The position numbers and the translations under genes were made by a program. From NCBI GenBank assembly GCA_963786935.1, contig CAWBAN010000001.1:1376001-1440000 (forward strand): a stretch of DNA of 64,000 nt, read 5' to 3'. Every line of letters starts with the position of its first letter. The first letter of the stretch is position 1. The notes beneath the pieces are model-generated. The model saw only the letters and a program-made list of their open reading frames with translations, was not told the DNA's origin and searched no databases. Below are positions 20,852-31,143 of the stretch, piece by piece. The stretch comes from an uncultured bacterium (lineage in GTDB: Bacteria; Krumholzibacteriota; Krumholzibacteriia; Krumholzibacteriales; Krumholzibacteriaceae).

Positions 20852-21549
20852 GCGTCCTCCTTTGCGAAATGCACACGCCCCTCCGCGGGCGTTCCCTCGA
20901 CGGCGCGCTTGAGCCGCAGGCACGACTCGCACGAACCGCACTGCAGATCCCCGCCGCGGTAGCAGCTCCAGAGGAGCTCCCACGGGAAGTCGACGCCGAG
21001 CGCGCGCGCAGCGATCTCCCGCTTCGTCATGCCGAGCGTCGGCGCGACGACGCGCACGGCGGCGGCGAGCGAGAGCTCGAGCGCGCGGTTGATCCGGTCG
21101 ACGAACTCCGCGCTGTTGTCGGGAAACGCCGCGGCCTCCTCCCGGTTGAATCCGACGACGACCGCGTCCATTCCCCGCTCGGCCGCGCAGAACGCGGCCG
21201 CGTTGACGAAGACGCCGTTCCGGTTCTCGACCCACACGGCGCGCGGGGCGTCGTCGTCGAGCCGGCCGGCGGTCCATCGCGGCGGCTCGGCCCCCGCCGC
21301 GACGAGCGCCGACTTCGAGAGCCTCGCCATCCAGGGAAGCTCGATCCGCTCGAAGGGGAGCGCGAAGCGCCCGGCGATCTCCCGCGCAGCGCGCTCCTCG
21401 TTCCGGGCCGCGCGCTGCCCGTAGTCGAAGAAGAGAGCGGCGGACGGCTCGTATCCGGCCTCCGGCGCGAGCATCGCGGCGGCGGCGGAATCGAGCCCGC
21501 CGGAGAGAAGAACGATCGCTTTTCCCGGGGTATGCCCTCTAATCCTCAC
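20848..21549 (-). CDS. queC: 7-cyano-7-deazaguanine synthase
   Basis: LLSGGLDS PP-loop, FDYGQ, WVENRN, FPDNS and SCY...CGSCESC zinc site. Confidence 0.93.
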   Translation of the reverse strand: MRIRGHTPGKAIVLLSGGLDSAAAAMLAPEAGYEPSAALFFDYGQRAARNEERAAREIAGRFALPFERIELPWMARLSKSALVAAGAEPPRWTAGRLDDDAPRAVWVENRNGVFVNAAAFCAAERGMDAVVVGFNREEAAAFPDNSAEFVDRINRALELSLAAAVRVVAPTLGMTKREIAARALGVDFPWELLWSCYRGGDLQCGSCESCLRLKRAVEGTPAEGRVHFAKEDA

Positions 21550-21922
21550 GGTACCGCACCATGTCGGTGGGCGACTCCCACAGCTCCACTTCGCGCAGCT
21601 CGCCCGACGGAATTCGCGCCTCTTCGCGGCAGAGCTTGTAGATCTCGGCGGCGATGTTCTCGGAGGTCGGATTCACGGTGTCGAACGGGGGGATGTCGTT
21701 CAGGTGGCGATGGTCGAAGCGGAGCAGAATCACGCGCTCGAGAACGGTCCGCAGCTCGCGATAGTCGATCGTGAGCCCCCGTTCGTCGACGAGCGAAAAC
21801 TCGTAGTAGACGCGGACGACCCAATTGTGCCCGTGCATGCGCGAGCAGTCTCCCCGGTAGCCCAAGAGCGCATGGGACGAGGAGAAATGGACTTCCGTCG
21901 AAACGACGTATGTCGCGCCCAT
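21539..21922 (-). CDS. queD: 6-carboxy-5,6,7,8-tetrahydropterin synthase
   Basis: FSSSH...C..MHGHNW, DHRHLN, PTSENIA and WES motifs; AAGGAGG RBS. Confidence 0.95.
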   Translation of the reverse strand: MGATYVVSTEVHFSSSHALLGYRGDCSRMHGHNWVVRVYYEFSLVDERGLTIDYRELRTVLERVILLRFDHRHLNDIPPFDTVNPTSENIAAEIYKLCREEARIPSGELREVELWESPTDMVRYRED

Positions 21923-22081
21923 GGCGATCAAGGCCTCCTTCCGGGTGCATCCGCCGGCCGGGGACGGGTCGCTTCGCATATTGCAACGGCCCACTGCCCT
22001 CCCCCCGACGCACCGGCGCAACTTTACACCTAACTGCACCATTTATCAACAATTAAAGAGGCGGCAAAAAAAGAGGGGGAC

Positions 22082-22097
22082 TGGTACGCATTTCGCT
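22082..22097 (+). promoter_or_regulatory. Sigma-54-like promoter of the TPR-FHA-phosphatase-kinase operon
   Basis: TGGTACGCATTTCGCT keeps GG-N10-GC (TTGC becomes TCGC); context closely resembles the 19409 site (ACTGGTAyGC...GCTCT). Confidence 0.5.
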
Positions 22098-22134
22098 CTC
22101 TATTGAATTGGAATACTTTACGCCGGAGTACCAT

Positions 22135-25100
22135 ATGAAAGACTTGCTGACGGGGAAAGTGCCCCTGTTTCTCACGCCCGAAAAAGCGCTCAAGAAAGTG
22201 CACCAGGAACGCTCGCGCGGGGACCTGGCGAGGGCCCGGAAGACCGCGGTCGACGCGCTCGAGAAATGGCCCGAGGACTACGACCTCGCCGTCGAGGCCG
22301 CGCAGGCGTGTCTCGATCTCTCGGATTATCCCCAGGCCACGAATATCCTCAAGAACGCGCACAAGCGCCACGCGGACAGGCGGGACGAGATTCTCGATCT
22401 CGCGCGGGGCGCGTTCACCCAGTCGTTCAGCACGCTCCTCGGCAGCTTCATCGTCGAGACGCTCCTCAAGGCGCGGAACATCGAGGGGCTCGCGGACATC
22501 CTGCGCGAAAGCCCCGAATCGTTCGCCGCCGATCTCACGAAGCGCGGCGAAACGAGATCGAAGAACCTCGCGGGAGAGGGGCAGGGCAAAACGCCGTTCT
22601 TCGCCGAGAACGAGCTGCTTCTCGGCGTCCTGCACAAACAGTGCGGGCGTTACGCGGAATCGGTCGAGTCGCTCGGGAGAGCGCTCGAGATGCTCCCCGC
22701 CGACGCGCATGCGATCGGCGGGCTCCTCGTCGAGATCGAGCACGAGCTTCCCGCGAACGCCTTCGCGAAATACTGCCTCGGGCTCGCCTCGCTGCTCCTG
22801 TCGCATCCCGACAAGGCCGAGGTCCGCTTTTTCCAGGCGCTCGAGCTCGAGTCGCCGCCGCTCGATCGGATCCTGTCCGCGATCGAGACGTCGAAGCCGC
22901 CGTGTCCGAACGGACCCATCCTCACGGGAGAGATACTTTCCCGGACGGGGAGAGCCGCGGACGGGGCCGCTCTCATGCGCGGATTCCTGTTTCCCGCCGC
23001 GCCCCCCGGCGGCCGGGCCGGCGACCCGGCGATCGAGGAGCGGATGCGGCTCGCGGAGCGGCGCCTCGCGGCCCTTCCGGAAGCGGCATTCGCGGTGAGC
23101 GAGATCTCGTTCCTCTACTGCGACGTCGCCGCGGCGCTCGGACTCGTGAAGGAAGCGGTCGCCGTGCTCGAGCTCATCGCCGCCGACCCCGGCCGGCGGG
23201 ACGCGGTCGTCGCGTGGCTCGAAACGAACGAAACCGCGGCGCTCACGGCCCCGGCGCAGAATCTCCTCGCGCGGGCGTACATCGCCGGAGGCTCCGCCGC
23301 CAGGGGAGCCCATGCCGCGCGGCGCGCCGTCGAGCTGAACGCGACGCTCGCTCCCGGCCTCATCGAGTTCGTTCGCGCCGCCGTCGAACGCGCGCCCGGC
23401 TGCGCCCCCGGCCTCAAGGCGCTCCTCGCGGAGCTCTACGCCCGCGTCGACGACCGGACGAGCGCCGAGGAGGTCTTCGGCGCGCTCAAGCGCTCGCGGG
23501 ACCTCGACGACGCCGCGCTCGTCGCGCTCTCGGCCGAGATCATGAAGCACTGCGGGCTGTTCCTCACGGGGGTCGTCTCCGCGCTCGAGATCGCGCTCGA
23601 CGGCGACGGCGCGGACGACGTGTATCCGCAGGTCCTGGCCCTCTACCGCGAAAAGCCCGAGGAGCACGGAGCGCTCGCCTCCTCGATCGAGGAACTCGCC
23701 GGCAGCGGCGAGGCGCGCTGGAAAGCGATCGCCGGCATCGTCGACCGCCTCGCGAAGGAAGAGCACCTCTCGGATCCGTTCCGCTTCCTGCAGGCGTCCG
23801 CGCATTTCTTCATGGGGGGCGTGGAGCGGTCGATCTTCGAGTTCGATCAAATTCTCATGCGCGACGGCGGCCTGAAATACCGCGTCATCGAAATCTACAA
23901 GAAGGGGCTCGCTCGCTTCGACGCGAACGCGACGCTCCATCTCGCTCTGTACCACCTGTATCTCGAGGAGGAGATGTTCTCCGACGCCGCCCGCCACCTC
24001 TGCCGCACGCTCGAGCTCGATCCGGGCCAGATCCGCGACGTCGTCGCGCAGTTCGGCAAGCTCGTGGAGCGGGATCCGGGCAACCTCGCCATATGGGAGG
24101 AGATGCTCAAGACGGCGCTCGCGATGAGCCGAACGGGGCTCGCCGCGGAAGTGCTCGGGCGGGCCGTCGCGGCCCTGCCCGCGGAGAAGGCGGCGGCGCT
24201 TAACGGCTACGGGGCGAAAATCGCCGCCGCGGACGGAAAATGGGACGACGCGCTCCGGTACATCTCCCTCGCGCTCGCCGCTGCCGAGACCGACGTCAGA
24301 ATGCTGGAGGCGGACATCCGCGCGATCGTCGCGCGCGATCCGTCGAACCCGCAGGCGCAGATCCTCCTCGGAGAGACGCTCCTGCGCCTCGGCCGGGACG
24401 CCGAGGCAATCGCCGCGATGAAGCGCTGCATCGACCTCGCGCCCGGCATGCGGGTGCAGGTCGCGACGATCCTTGAGCGGTTCCTGCCCCTCAGCGTCGA
24501 GCCATGGCACCTCTCCTCGATCCTCGGCGAGATCGCGTGGATCGAAGACCTCCCCGACGAGGCGTTTCGGCATTTCACCGCGGCGCAGAAGGGTCCCCGC
24601 GCGGCGCTCCCGACCCTCAGCGCCTCAATCGAGCGAATCAGGGAGCGCTCCCCCCGGAACGACCGGCTCGAAACGCTCTACGCGCGGAATCTGGCGCTCG
24701 AGGGGCGCTGCGCGGAAGCGGTCGGCATTCTCGAGAGCCTCATTGCCGCGGACGCGGCGCACACGCGCGCCGCGACCGATATATGCCTCGCGATCGTGGG
24801 CGAAGCGCCGGCGCAGCTCGAGGCGAATACGCTCCTCGCCCGCGTCTTCGCCGCGGCCGGGGAGACGGAAGAGTCGCGACGCGCGATCGTCAGAATCCTC
24901 GCGGACAAGGAAGGGGATCCCGCGCGCCTCGACGCCGCCGTGTCCGAATTTCTCCCGGCCCACGAGGGGAGCGGAGAATTCCTCGCGCGCTACGCGGCCC
25001 TCAAGGCGCGAAGGGGCGAGATGATCGAATCGATCGCGAGGTACCGGCAGGCCCTCGCGATCGATCCCTCCCGCTCCGGAGAGATTCTCTCCGGGCTCGA

Positions 25101-25995
25101 TCGGAGCGAGTGGCCCCGCGATCTGGCCGCGGCCGAGCGTCTCCTCCGCGTCGACTGCCTCATCGCGGCGGGCACGGATGACGAGGCGTTCTCGCTCCTC
25201 GACGCCTTCCCGGCGCAGGAGGGCGCGCTCGTCGACGAGATCGTCGCCCGCATCGAGATCATCGTCCAGCGGGGACCGAAACGAGAGCATTACTCGCTCG
25301 GCGCGGCGCGGCTCGCCGGCGCCGGACGGGTCGCGGAGGCCGAAAGCCTGATCGCGCGGGGGCGCGGGGCGCTCGGACGGGACGACGCCCTCGACCTCGC
25401 GGTCGAGCTCGCCGAGATCCACCTCGGCGCGGGGAACGAGGATCGGGCGGAGCGGCTCTTCGCCGAAGCGCTCGAGAGCGCTCCCGAGAAGAGCGGCGTG
25501 CTCGAGCGCATCGAACGGTCCTGCGCCCGGCGGACCGATCGCGAGATCCGCGATCTCTCCGCGCGCCTCGAATCGGGCGCGGCGGCCGAAACGGACATCG
25601 CGCGTCTCGTGCGACTCGCCGCCGATCGATCGGGCGCGGAGGACGCGCTGGAAATACTCTCGCGCTGCGCGGTTTCGCGGACGCTTCGGAGAGACCTGCT
25701 CGGCGCCGTCTATTTGAGCATGGATCGGCCGGCGCTGGCGTGCGCCGCGTTCGGCGCCGCCGGGGACACCGACTTCGGTTCGGACCAGGAACGGTACGAT
25801 CACCTGTACCTCGCGGGCGTCGCCCGCGAGAGAACGGGGGATCACGGGATGGCGGCCTCTCTCTTCGCGGCGATCGCGGGAGAGCGGGCCGATTTCAAGG
25901 ACAGCCGGGAACGGGCCCTGAGGAACTATGCCCGGTTCATCGAATCGAGCTGCGGGGAACGCGCGCTCGTGCTGGAAAAAACGCAATCGATCTGA
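22135..25995 (+). CDS. Giant TPR-repeat protein (about 1286 aa), no signal peptide seen
   Basis: Repeated helical TPR-like motifs throughout; C-terminal YLAGVARERTGD...A...F..I...DFKD..R; ATG 22135 after GGAG. Confidence 0.85.
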   Translation: MKDLLTGKVPLFLTPEKALKKVHQERSRGDLARARKTAVDALEKWPEDYDLAVEAAQACLDLSDYPQATNILKNAHKRHADRRDEILDLARGAFTQSFSTLLGSFIVETLLKARNIEGLADILRESPESFAADLTKRGETRSKNLAGEGQGKTPFFAENELLLGVLHKQCGRYAESVESLGRALEMLPADAHAIGGLLVEIEHELPANAFAKYCLGLASLLLSHPDKAEVRFFQALELESPPLDRILSAIETSKPPCPNGPILTGEILSRTGRAADGAALMRGFLFPAAPPGGRAGDPAIEERMRLAERRLAALPEAAFAVSEISFLYCDVAAALGLVKEAVAVLELIAADPGRRDAVVAWLETNETAALTAPAQNLLARAYIAGGSAARGAHAARRAVELNATLAPGLIEFVRAAVERAPGCAPGLKALLAELYARVDDRTSAEEVFGALKRSRDLDDAALVALSAEIMKHCGLFLTGVVSALEIALDGDGADDVYPQVLALYREKPEEHGALASSIEELAGSGEARWKAIAGIVDRLAKEEHLSDPFRFLQASAHFFMGGVERSIFEFDQILMRDGGLKYRVIEIYKKGLARFDANATLHLALYHLYLEEEMFSDAARHLCRTLELDPGQIRDVVAQFGKLVERDPGNLAIWEEMLKTALAMSRTGLAAEVLGRAVAALPAEKAAALNGYGAKIAAADGKWDDALRYISLALAAAETDVRMLEADIRAIVARDPSNPQAQILLGETLLRLGRDAEAIAAMKRCIDLAPGMRVQVATILERFLPLSVEPWHLSSILGEIAWIEDLPDEAFRHFTAAQKGPRAALPTLSASIERIRERSPRNDRLETLYARNLALEGRCAEAVGILESLIAADAAHTRAATDICLAIVGEAPAQLEANTLLARVFAAAGETEESRRAIVRILADKEGDPARLDAAVSEFLPAHEGSGEFLARYAALKARRGEMIESIARYRQALAIDPSRSGEILSGLDRSEWPRDLAAAERLLRVDCLIAAGTDDEAFSLLDAFPAQEGALVDEIVARIEIIVQRGPKREHYSLGAARLAGAGRVAEAESLIARGRGALGRDDALDLAVELAEIHLGAGNEDRAERLFAEALESAPEKSGVLERIERSCARRTDREIRDLSARLESGAAAETDIARLVRLAADRSGAEDALEILSRCAVSRTLRRDLLGAVYLSMDRPALACAAFGAAGDTDFGSDQERYDHLYLAGVARERTGDHGMAASLFAAIAGERADFKDSRERALRNYARFIESSCGERALVLEKTQSI

Positions 25996-26020
25996 CTCAA
26001 TCCGGAGGAGAGGTGTACCC

Positions 26021-27220
26021 ATGAAGATCTGCCCGTTGGTCACGCAGGCGTCGATTCTCGACGACAAGGAGCTGCTCGTCCACGAGATCGACGACGTGGA
26101 GCCGGCGGCGAAAGCCCCGGCGGCTGAAACGCAGCACAGCGGAGTCGAGGACGAGATATTCATCAATCCGGAGCCGAGGCCGCATCCGGAAATATCGCCC
26201 GCCGACGCGATCATGCCCGCCGTGCCGATCCGCTTTCTCGCGAAATCGTACCGCGGCCGGGTCGAATGCCTCGGCGAGCTGTGCAGGTTCCACGACGGCG
26301 AGACGCTCGCCTGCCGCCTCGACCGCCTGATCGACGGCGGATCGTCGCGCGACGGCGGCGAACTCCTCGACGGAATGAAGAAGCTGCGCGAGGCGAGCGA
26401 AGCGGTCGCCGCGGAGCTCACCGCGACCGTGGCGCGCCGGTTCGATGAGATCGCGAGCCTCATTCGCTCGACCTCGGAAGAGAAGCAGAAAGCGATCGAG
26501 GCGATATCCCTTACCCTCGACGCGAAGACCGACGAAATCGAGCGTAAGATCGAGTCGGGCGCCGAGGCGTTCGAGGCCTTCCGCGGCGACGTGTCCGGCT
26601 GGCGGGAGGCGCTCGCGAAAAACATCGAGAACCTGGAATCCGGCCTCGGGGAGCACCGGAAGCTCGTGCGGGAGCTCACGGACAATCATACCGGCATCAT
26701 GAATCTCGTCGAGGATCAGAAGAAGAGCATCGAGGAGGAGGAGAAGAAGCGCCGCACGACCGAAGCGCGGCTCATCAACAACGGCGGCGTCATGTCCTAC
26801 CACAACGGCCAGTACGAGAAAGCGCTCGATCTCTTCAAGAAGGCGATCGACCTCGATCCGACGATGACCGAGGCGTATAACAACCTCGGCCTCACCTACA
26901 CCGAGATCAACGAGGAGGAGAAGGCGACGGAGGCCTTCAAGACGGCGATATCGCTCAGCCCCGAGCTCGCCGCCGCCTACAACAATCTCGGCTACGTGTT
27001 CTACCGTCTCGGCTCGTACCGGGAAGCGATCGAGATGTACAACGAGGCGATCGGCCGGAGCAAGGACTCGAGCTCGGCGTACACGAATCTCGGAAACGCC
27101 TACTACAAGCTCGAAAAGATCGAGGACGCGATCGGCGCCTGGAAGAAAGCGCTCGCGCTCGATCCGGCGAACGAAAAGGCCCGGCGCAACCTCAAGCGCT
27201 TTCACGCCGAAGTGAAATAG
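26021..27220 (+). CDS. Cys-rich N-terminal / coiled-coil / TPR protein
   Basis: MKICP...CLGELC...C at the N-terminus, a heptad-like middle and four canonical TPRs (AYNNLG/AYTNLG); GGAGGAGAGG RBS. Confidence 0.85.
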   Translation: MKICPLVTQASILDDKELLVHEIDDVEPAAKAPAAETQHSGVEDEIFINPEPRPHPEISPADAIMPAVPIRFLAKSYRGRVECLGELCRFHDGETLACRLDRLIDGGSSRDGGELLDGMKKLREASEAVAAELTATVARRFDEIASLIRSTSEEKQKAIEAISLTLDAKTDEIERKIESGAEAFEAFRGDVSGWREALAKNIENLESGLGEHRKLVRELTDNHTGIMNLVEDQKKSIEEEEKKRRTTEARLINNGGVMSYHNGQYEKALDLFKKAIDLDPTMTEAYNNLGLTYTEINEEEKATEAFKTAISLSPELAAAYNNLGYVFYRLGSYREAIEMYNEAIGRSKDSSSAYTNLGNAYYKLEKIEDAIGAWKKALALDPANEKARRNLKRFHAEVK

Positions 27221-27245
27221 CGCGGCGAACGGAGCGATCGGCGAG

Positions 27246-28576
27246 ATGAACAGGCTGCAGGTGCCGTACCGGATCGTCCTGATGAATCCGCGCGATTTCG
27301 ATCCATCCGAATTCGACGCGATCATCAGGGATTACGCGACGCGGAGCCGGAAGACCCCGGTCGTCATCGAGGTGTTCAACGATCACATCCAGTACTTTCT
27401 CTTCCTGAACGAGGGGCAGCTGTACTGGGCGTGCGCGAGCGCCGGCGACGGCTTCCGCCCGCTCCGGCTGCGCGATTTCCTCCTCGAGGTCAACCGGACC
27501 CAGTTCCCGAAGATCATCGTGTACGAGGCCGACATCATCCTGTACCACTCGCTCCTCGTGTACCTGCAGAAGAAGCCCGACCTAAAGGTCTCCTCGGCGC
27601 TCGTCGATCTCGAGGAGCTCATCGTGCGCGCCGAGAAGGATCGCTACAGCGCGATCGTCTCCGCGCGGAATCCGGGGGTTTTCTTCTTCGTCCGGTTCCA
27701 GACCGGAAAGGCGATCGCCTGCTACAGCCTGCGGTCCGAGAAGGGCCCCGCGCCGACCGCGCGGGAGGATTTTCTCGTCAAGGTCTTCACGATCTCGGCG
27801 AAACGCCCGCTCGAAATCAACATGTTCACCGATCTCGCCGTGACGCACGCCGAGGACGTCCGCTCGATCCCGTCCGACCATACGGGCTCGATCTCGTCGT
27901 TTTACCTGAGCCAGCCGCCGCACCTCGTCGTCCGCCTGAAGGGCCGCCCGCTCAAGACGTACCCGTTCACCGGCGGAGAGATCTCGATCGGGCGGCTCCC
28001 GGAAAACGACATCGTCATCGACAATCTGAGCGTGTCGCGCAAGCACGCCGTCATCGCGTCCCGCGGGGGCGAGTACCTGCTGAGCGACCTCGCGAGCAAG
28101 AACGGCACGCTCCTCAACTATCGGCCCGCGACCGAGGCGAAGCTCGTCGACGGCGACGTGATCACGATCGGGAAGTACGAGATCCTGTTCCAGATTCCGA
28201 CGCTCGAGGCGTCGCATCCCGAGGATCTCGACCAGACCGTCGTCATACCGCATTTCAGGCGCCGCGCGGACGGCGGCGCGCAACAGCCGGGGTCCGCTTC
28301 TCCCCGCGTCTCTTCAGAAAATCGGCCATGGAGGAGTATCCGCTCGACAAGGAGCGGATCCGTATCGGACGCGGGAAGGATTCCGACATCCGGCTCTCGG
28401 GCCTGTTCGGACCCCGCGTCACCGTGGAGGTCGTCCGCCGCGGCTCCGAATACGTGCTGCAGAAGACCGGCGGCCGGCGCAAGGTGACGATCAACGGCGA
28501 GGAGATGGACGAGAAGACGCTCGAGGGAGAAGACCTCATCGCGATCGGCTCGGAGGAGTTCATCTTCAAGGATTGA
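27246..28576 (+). CDS. Protein with two PATAN/DUF4388-like N-terminal units and two FHA domains (apparent 1-nt deletion near 28289-28305)
   Basis: FHA1: IGRLPENDIVIDNLSVSRKHA...DLASKNGT. The degenerate FHA2 (IGRGKDSDIRL...INGE...L..EDLIAIG) is in an offset frame and is joined by adding one base in the G4/C4 runs. Confidence 0.8.
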
Positions 28577-28579
28577 GGC

Positions 28580-29308
28580 ATGAGAATTCTCGTTTTTTCC
28601 GATATTCACGGGAACGTCGAGGCGCTCGAGCGGGTGTGCGAGGAAGCCGCCATGCTGCGGCCGGACCTGATCGTGTCGCTCGGGGACGTCGTCGGCTACG
28701 GCGCGAATCCGAACGAATGCGTCTCCATCGTCCAGGAAACGGCGCAGATCCGCGTCGGCGGGAACCACGACGTGGCCGCCGCGGGACTCATCGGCACGGA
28801 CACCTTCAGCGGAACCGCCCGGAGCGCGATCAAGTGGACCTCGCGCGAGATCCATCCGCGGCACCGGGACGTCCTCGGCGAATACGACACGGTGCGGCGC
28901 TGCGACGATTGCGTCTTCGCCCACGCCTCGCCGCTCTCGCCGATGAGCTGGGAATACGTGTACACGATCAACCAGGCGAACGCGATCTTCGAGGGAATCC
29001 GCGAACGATTCGCCTTCATCGGCCACACGCACGTGCCCGCGATCATCGAGCATCGCGAGGAGCGGGGCGCGCGGGTCGTGCGCGGCACGTTCACCGCGAT
29101 CCAATCCGGTTCCCGGTACCTCGTCAACGTGGGCAGCATCGGACAGCCGCGGGACGGCATCGCGGCGGCGAGCTTCGCCCTCCTCGACGCGCAGAAGGGA
29201 ACGATCACGATACGGCGCGTTCCCTACGACATCCGGTCGGCGCAGGAAAAGATCAGGAGCTCGGGGCTTCCCGAATCGCTCGCGGAAAGGCTGGCGACGG
29301 CGCGATGA
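28580..29308 (+). CDS. Calcineurin-like metallophosphoesterase (YfcE/MJ0936-like)
   Basis: SDIHGN, LGDVVGYG, GNHD, GHTH and NVGSIGQPRDG motifs. Confidence 0.92.
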   Translation: MRILVFSDIHGNVEALERVCEEAAMLRPDLIVSLGDVVGYGANPNECVSIVQETAQIRVGGNHDVAAAGLIGTDTFSGTARSAIKWTSREIHPRHRDVLGEYDTVRRCDDCVFAHASPLSPMSWEYVYTINQANAIFEGIRERFAFIGHTHVPAIIEHREERGARVVRGTFTAIQSGSRYLVNVGSIGQPRDGIAAASFALLDAQKGTITIRRVPYDIRSAQEKIRSSGLPESLAERLATAR

Positions 29309-31143
29309 ACGGCACAACCACGAAGAAGTACGAAATCTGCAACACGCTCGCGACCGGCGGCACGGCCGTGCTCTACAAGGCGATCCAGACGTCGCTCGAC
29401 CGCCCCGTCGTCATCAAGAAGCTCCACTCGCACCTCATCTCCGATCCGAACTTCACGCGACGGTTCGAGTTCGAGGCGAAGGCGATCGCGAGCCTCGACC
29501 ACGAGAACATCGTGCGCATCATCGATTTCGGATCCGCCGAGGGGAGCTGCTTCATCGTGATGGAATACATCGACGGACCGTGCCTCCGGGACGTGCTCTC
29601 GTCCCGGCGCGTCATCGCCGAGGACCTCGCGCTCATCGTGGCCCGCGAGATCTGCCTCGGCCTCGATCACGCGCACCAGCGCGGCATCATCCACCGGGAC
29701 ATCAAGCCGGCCAACATCATGCTGACGATGGACGGACAGGTGAAGATCACGGACTTCGGTCTCGCGAAGCTCCACCAGAGCCAGACGCAGCAGACGGTCG
29801 CCTCGACGCTCCTCGGCACACCCCTCTACATGTCCCCCGAGCAGGCGATCGGCGATTCGATCGACGGAAGGAGCGATCTCTTCTCTCTCGGCACGATCTG
29901 CTACGAGGCGATGACGGGAACGCAGCCGTTCCTCGGCGGCACCTACGCCGCCGTCATCCAGAACATCGTGAGCGGCGGCGTCCCCGCGCCCTCGCGCATC
30001 CGGCGCGATCTCAGCGCCGGCGCGGAGGCGATCGTGATGAAAGCGCTCCACCGGGAACCGGGCAAGCGATTCAGGAGCGCCCTCGAGATGGCGCGCGCCA
30101 TCGAAACGCACCTCGGCCCCGACGCGATGGCTTCTGCCCGCGAGCGGCTCAGACGGCTCGCCGGCGGCGAGGACGACCTCGCTCCCGGCGCGCGGCGCCG
30201 GGCCCGGAAGCTCCCGTCGCGAAAACGCCTGCTCTTCTTCGGCGCCGCCGCCCTCTGCGTGGCCTTCGCGGCGGCCGCCGTTCACATGAATCCGGGCGGC
30301 GTCGCTCGGCTCGCCGGCGCGGTCCGGGCGATCCGCGCGTCCGATCCGGCTGCCCCGCCCGCGGCGGCGCCGATTCTCGCGGGCCAGGGCGAGCAGATCC
30401 CCGGCGTGTCGATGACGCTCCTCGCCGAGCAGCCGGCGGCGGCGCCGGCAACGATCGAACCGGCGGCGGTCGGCACCGCGGCGGCCGCGGAGGAGACGCT
30501 CCCCGACTCGGGACTCGTCCTCGAGAGCAGCACGGCGCGCCTCTCGCTCCCCGACGCGGAAGAGACGAGAAAGGCCGAGCTGGAAAAGGCGAAACTCCTG
30601 CAGCAGCCGCTGTCGCCCGTCGAGAAACCCGCCGAGCCTCCGGCCCCGGCGGCCGCGGAGAAGACAGCGGCCGCTCACGCGGCGGGCCCCCGGGACGAGG
30701 CGCCCGCGACGGGATTCATCGATATCGTCGTCGATCCCGCGGCGGAAATCTCGATCGACGGACGGCGCCGCACGTTCGCCGAACGTCTCACGATGCTCGA
30801 GCTGCCGACGGGATCGCACGAGATCGCCTGCCGCAGCGACGGGTACCGCGACTACGTCGAAACGCTGCAGGTGAAGCGGGGAGAGCTCTCGCGCAGGAGA
30901 ATCGATCTCGAGAGGCTCACCGGATCGCTCGTGTTCGAAACGGCGGCGGGCACCCGGATCTTCGTCGACGGAACGTTCAAGGGCACGGTTCCCCTCGCCG
31001 CTCCGCTCGACCTGCCCGTCGGAACGCATCGCATCGAGCTCAAGAATCCCGGGTTCCAGGCGTGGTCGAACACCGTTTACGTGCCGATCGACGAGACCGT
31101 GCGGCTCGCGATCAGCCTCGTGCCGCTCGCCGCTTCAGAGTAG
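29305..31143 (+). CDS. Hanks-type Ser/Thr protein kinase with a TM segment and C-terminal PEGA domains
   Basis: [17 protein letters not shown] and [10 protein letters not shown]; hydrophobic [13 protein letters not shown]; two PEGA-like repeats (I.VDG...L..G.H.I). Confidence 0.92.
   Translation: MNGTTTKKYEICNTLATGGTAVLYKAIQTSLDRPVVIKKLHSHLISDPNFTRRFEFEAKAIASLDHENIVRIIDFGSAEGSCFIVMEYIDGPCLRDVLSSRRVIAEDLALIVAREICLGLDHAHQRGIIHRDIKPANIMLTMDGQVKITDFGLAKLHQSQTQQTVASTLLGTPLYMSPEQAIGDSIDGRSDLFSLGTICYEAMTGTQPFLGGTYAAVIQNIVSGGVPAPSRIRRDLSAGAEAIVMKALHREPGKRFRSALEMARAIETHLGPDAMASARERLRRLAGGEDDLAPGARRRARKLPSRKRLLFFGAAALCVAFAAAAVHMNPGGVARLAGAVRAIRASDPAAPPAAAPILAGQGEQIPGVSMTLLAEQPAAAPATIEPAAVGTAAAAEETLPDSGLVLESSTARLSLPDAEETRKAELEKAKLLQQPLSPVEKPAEPPAPAAAEKTAAAHAAGPRDEAPATGFIDIVVDPAAEISIDGRRRTFAERLTMLELPTGSHEIACRSDGYRDYVETLQVKRGELSRRRIDLERLTGSLVFETAAGTRIFVDGTFKGTVPLAAPLDLPVGTHRIELKNPGFQAWSNTVYVPIDETVRLAISLVPLAASE

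Noticed and set aside
21923..22080. preQ1 riboswitch upstream of queD
   Set aside because: No preQ1-I stem-loop with an A-rich tail or other recognisable aptamer is visible.
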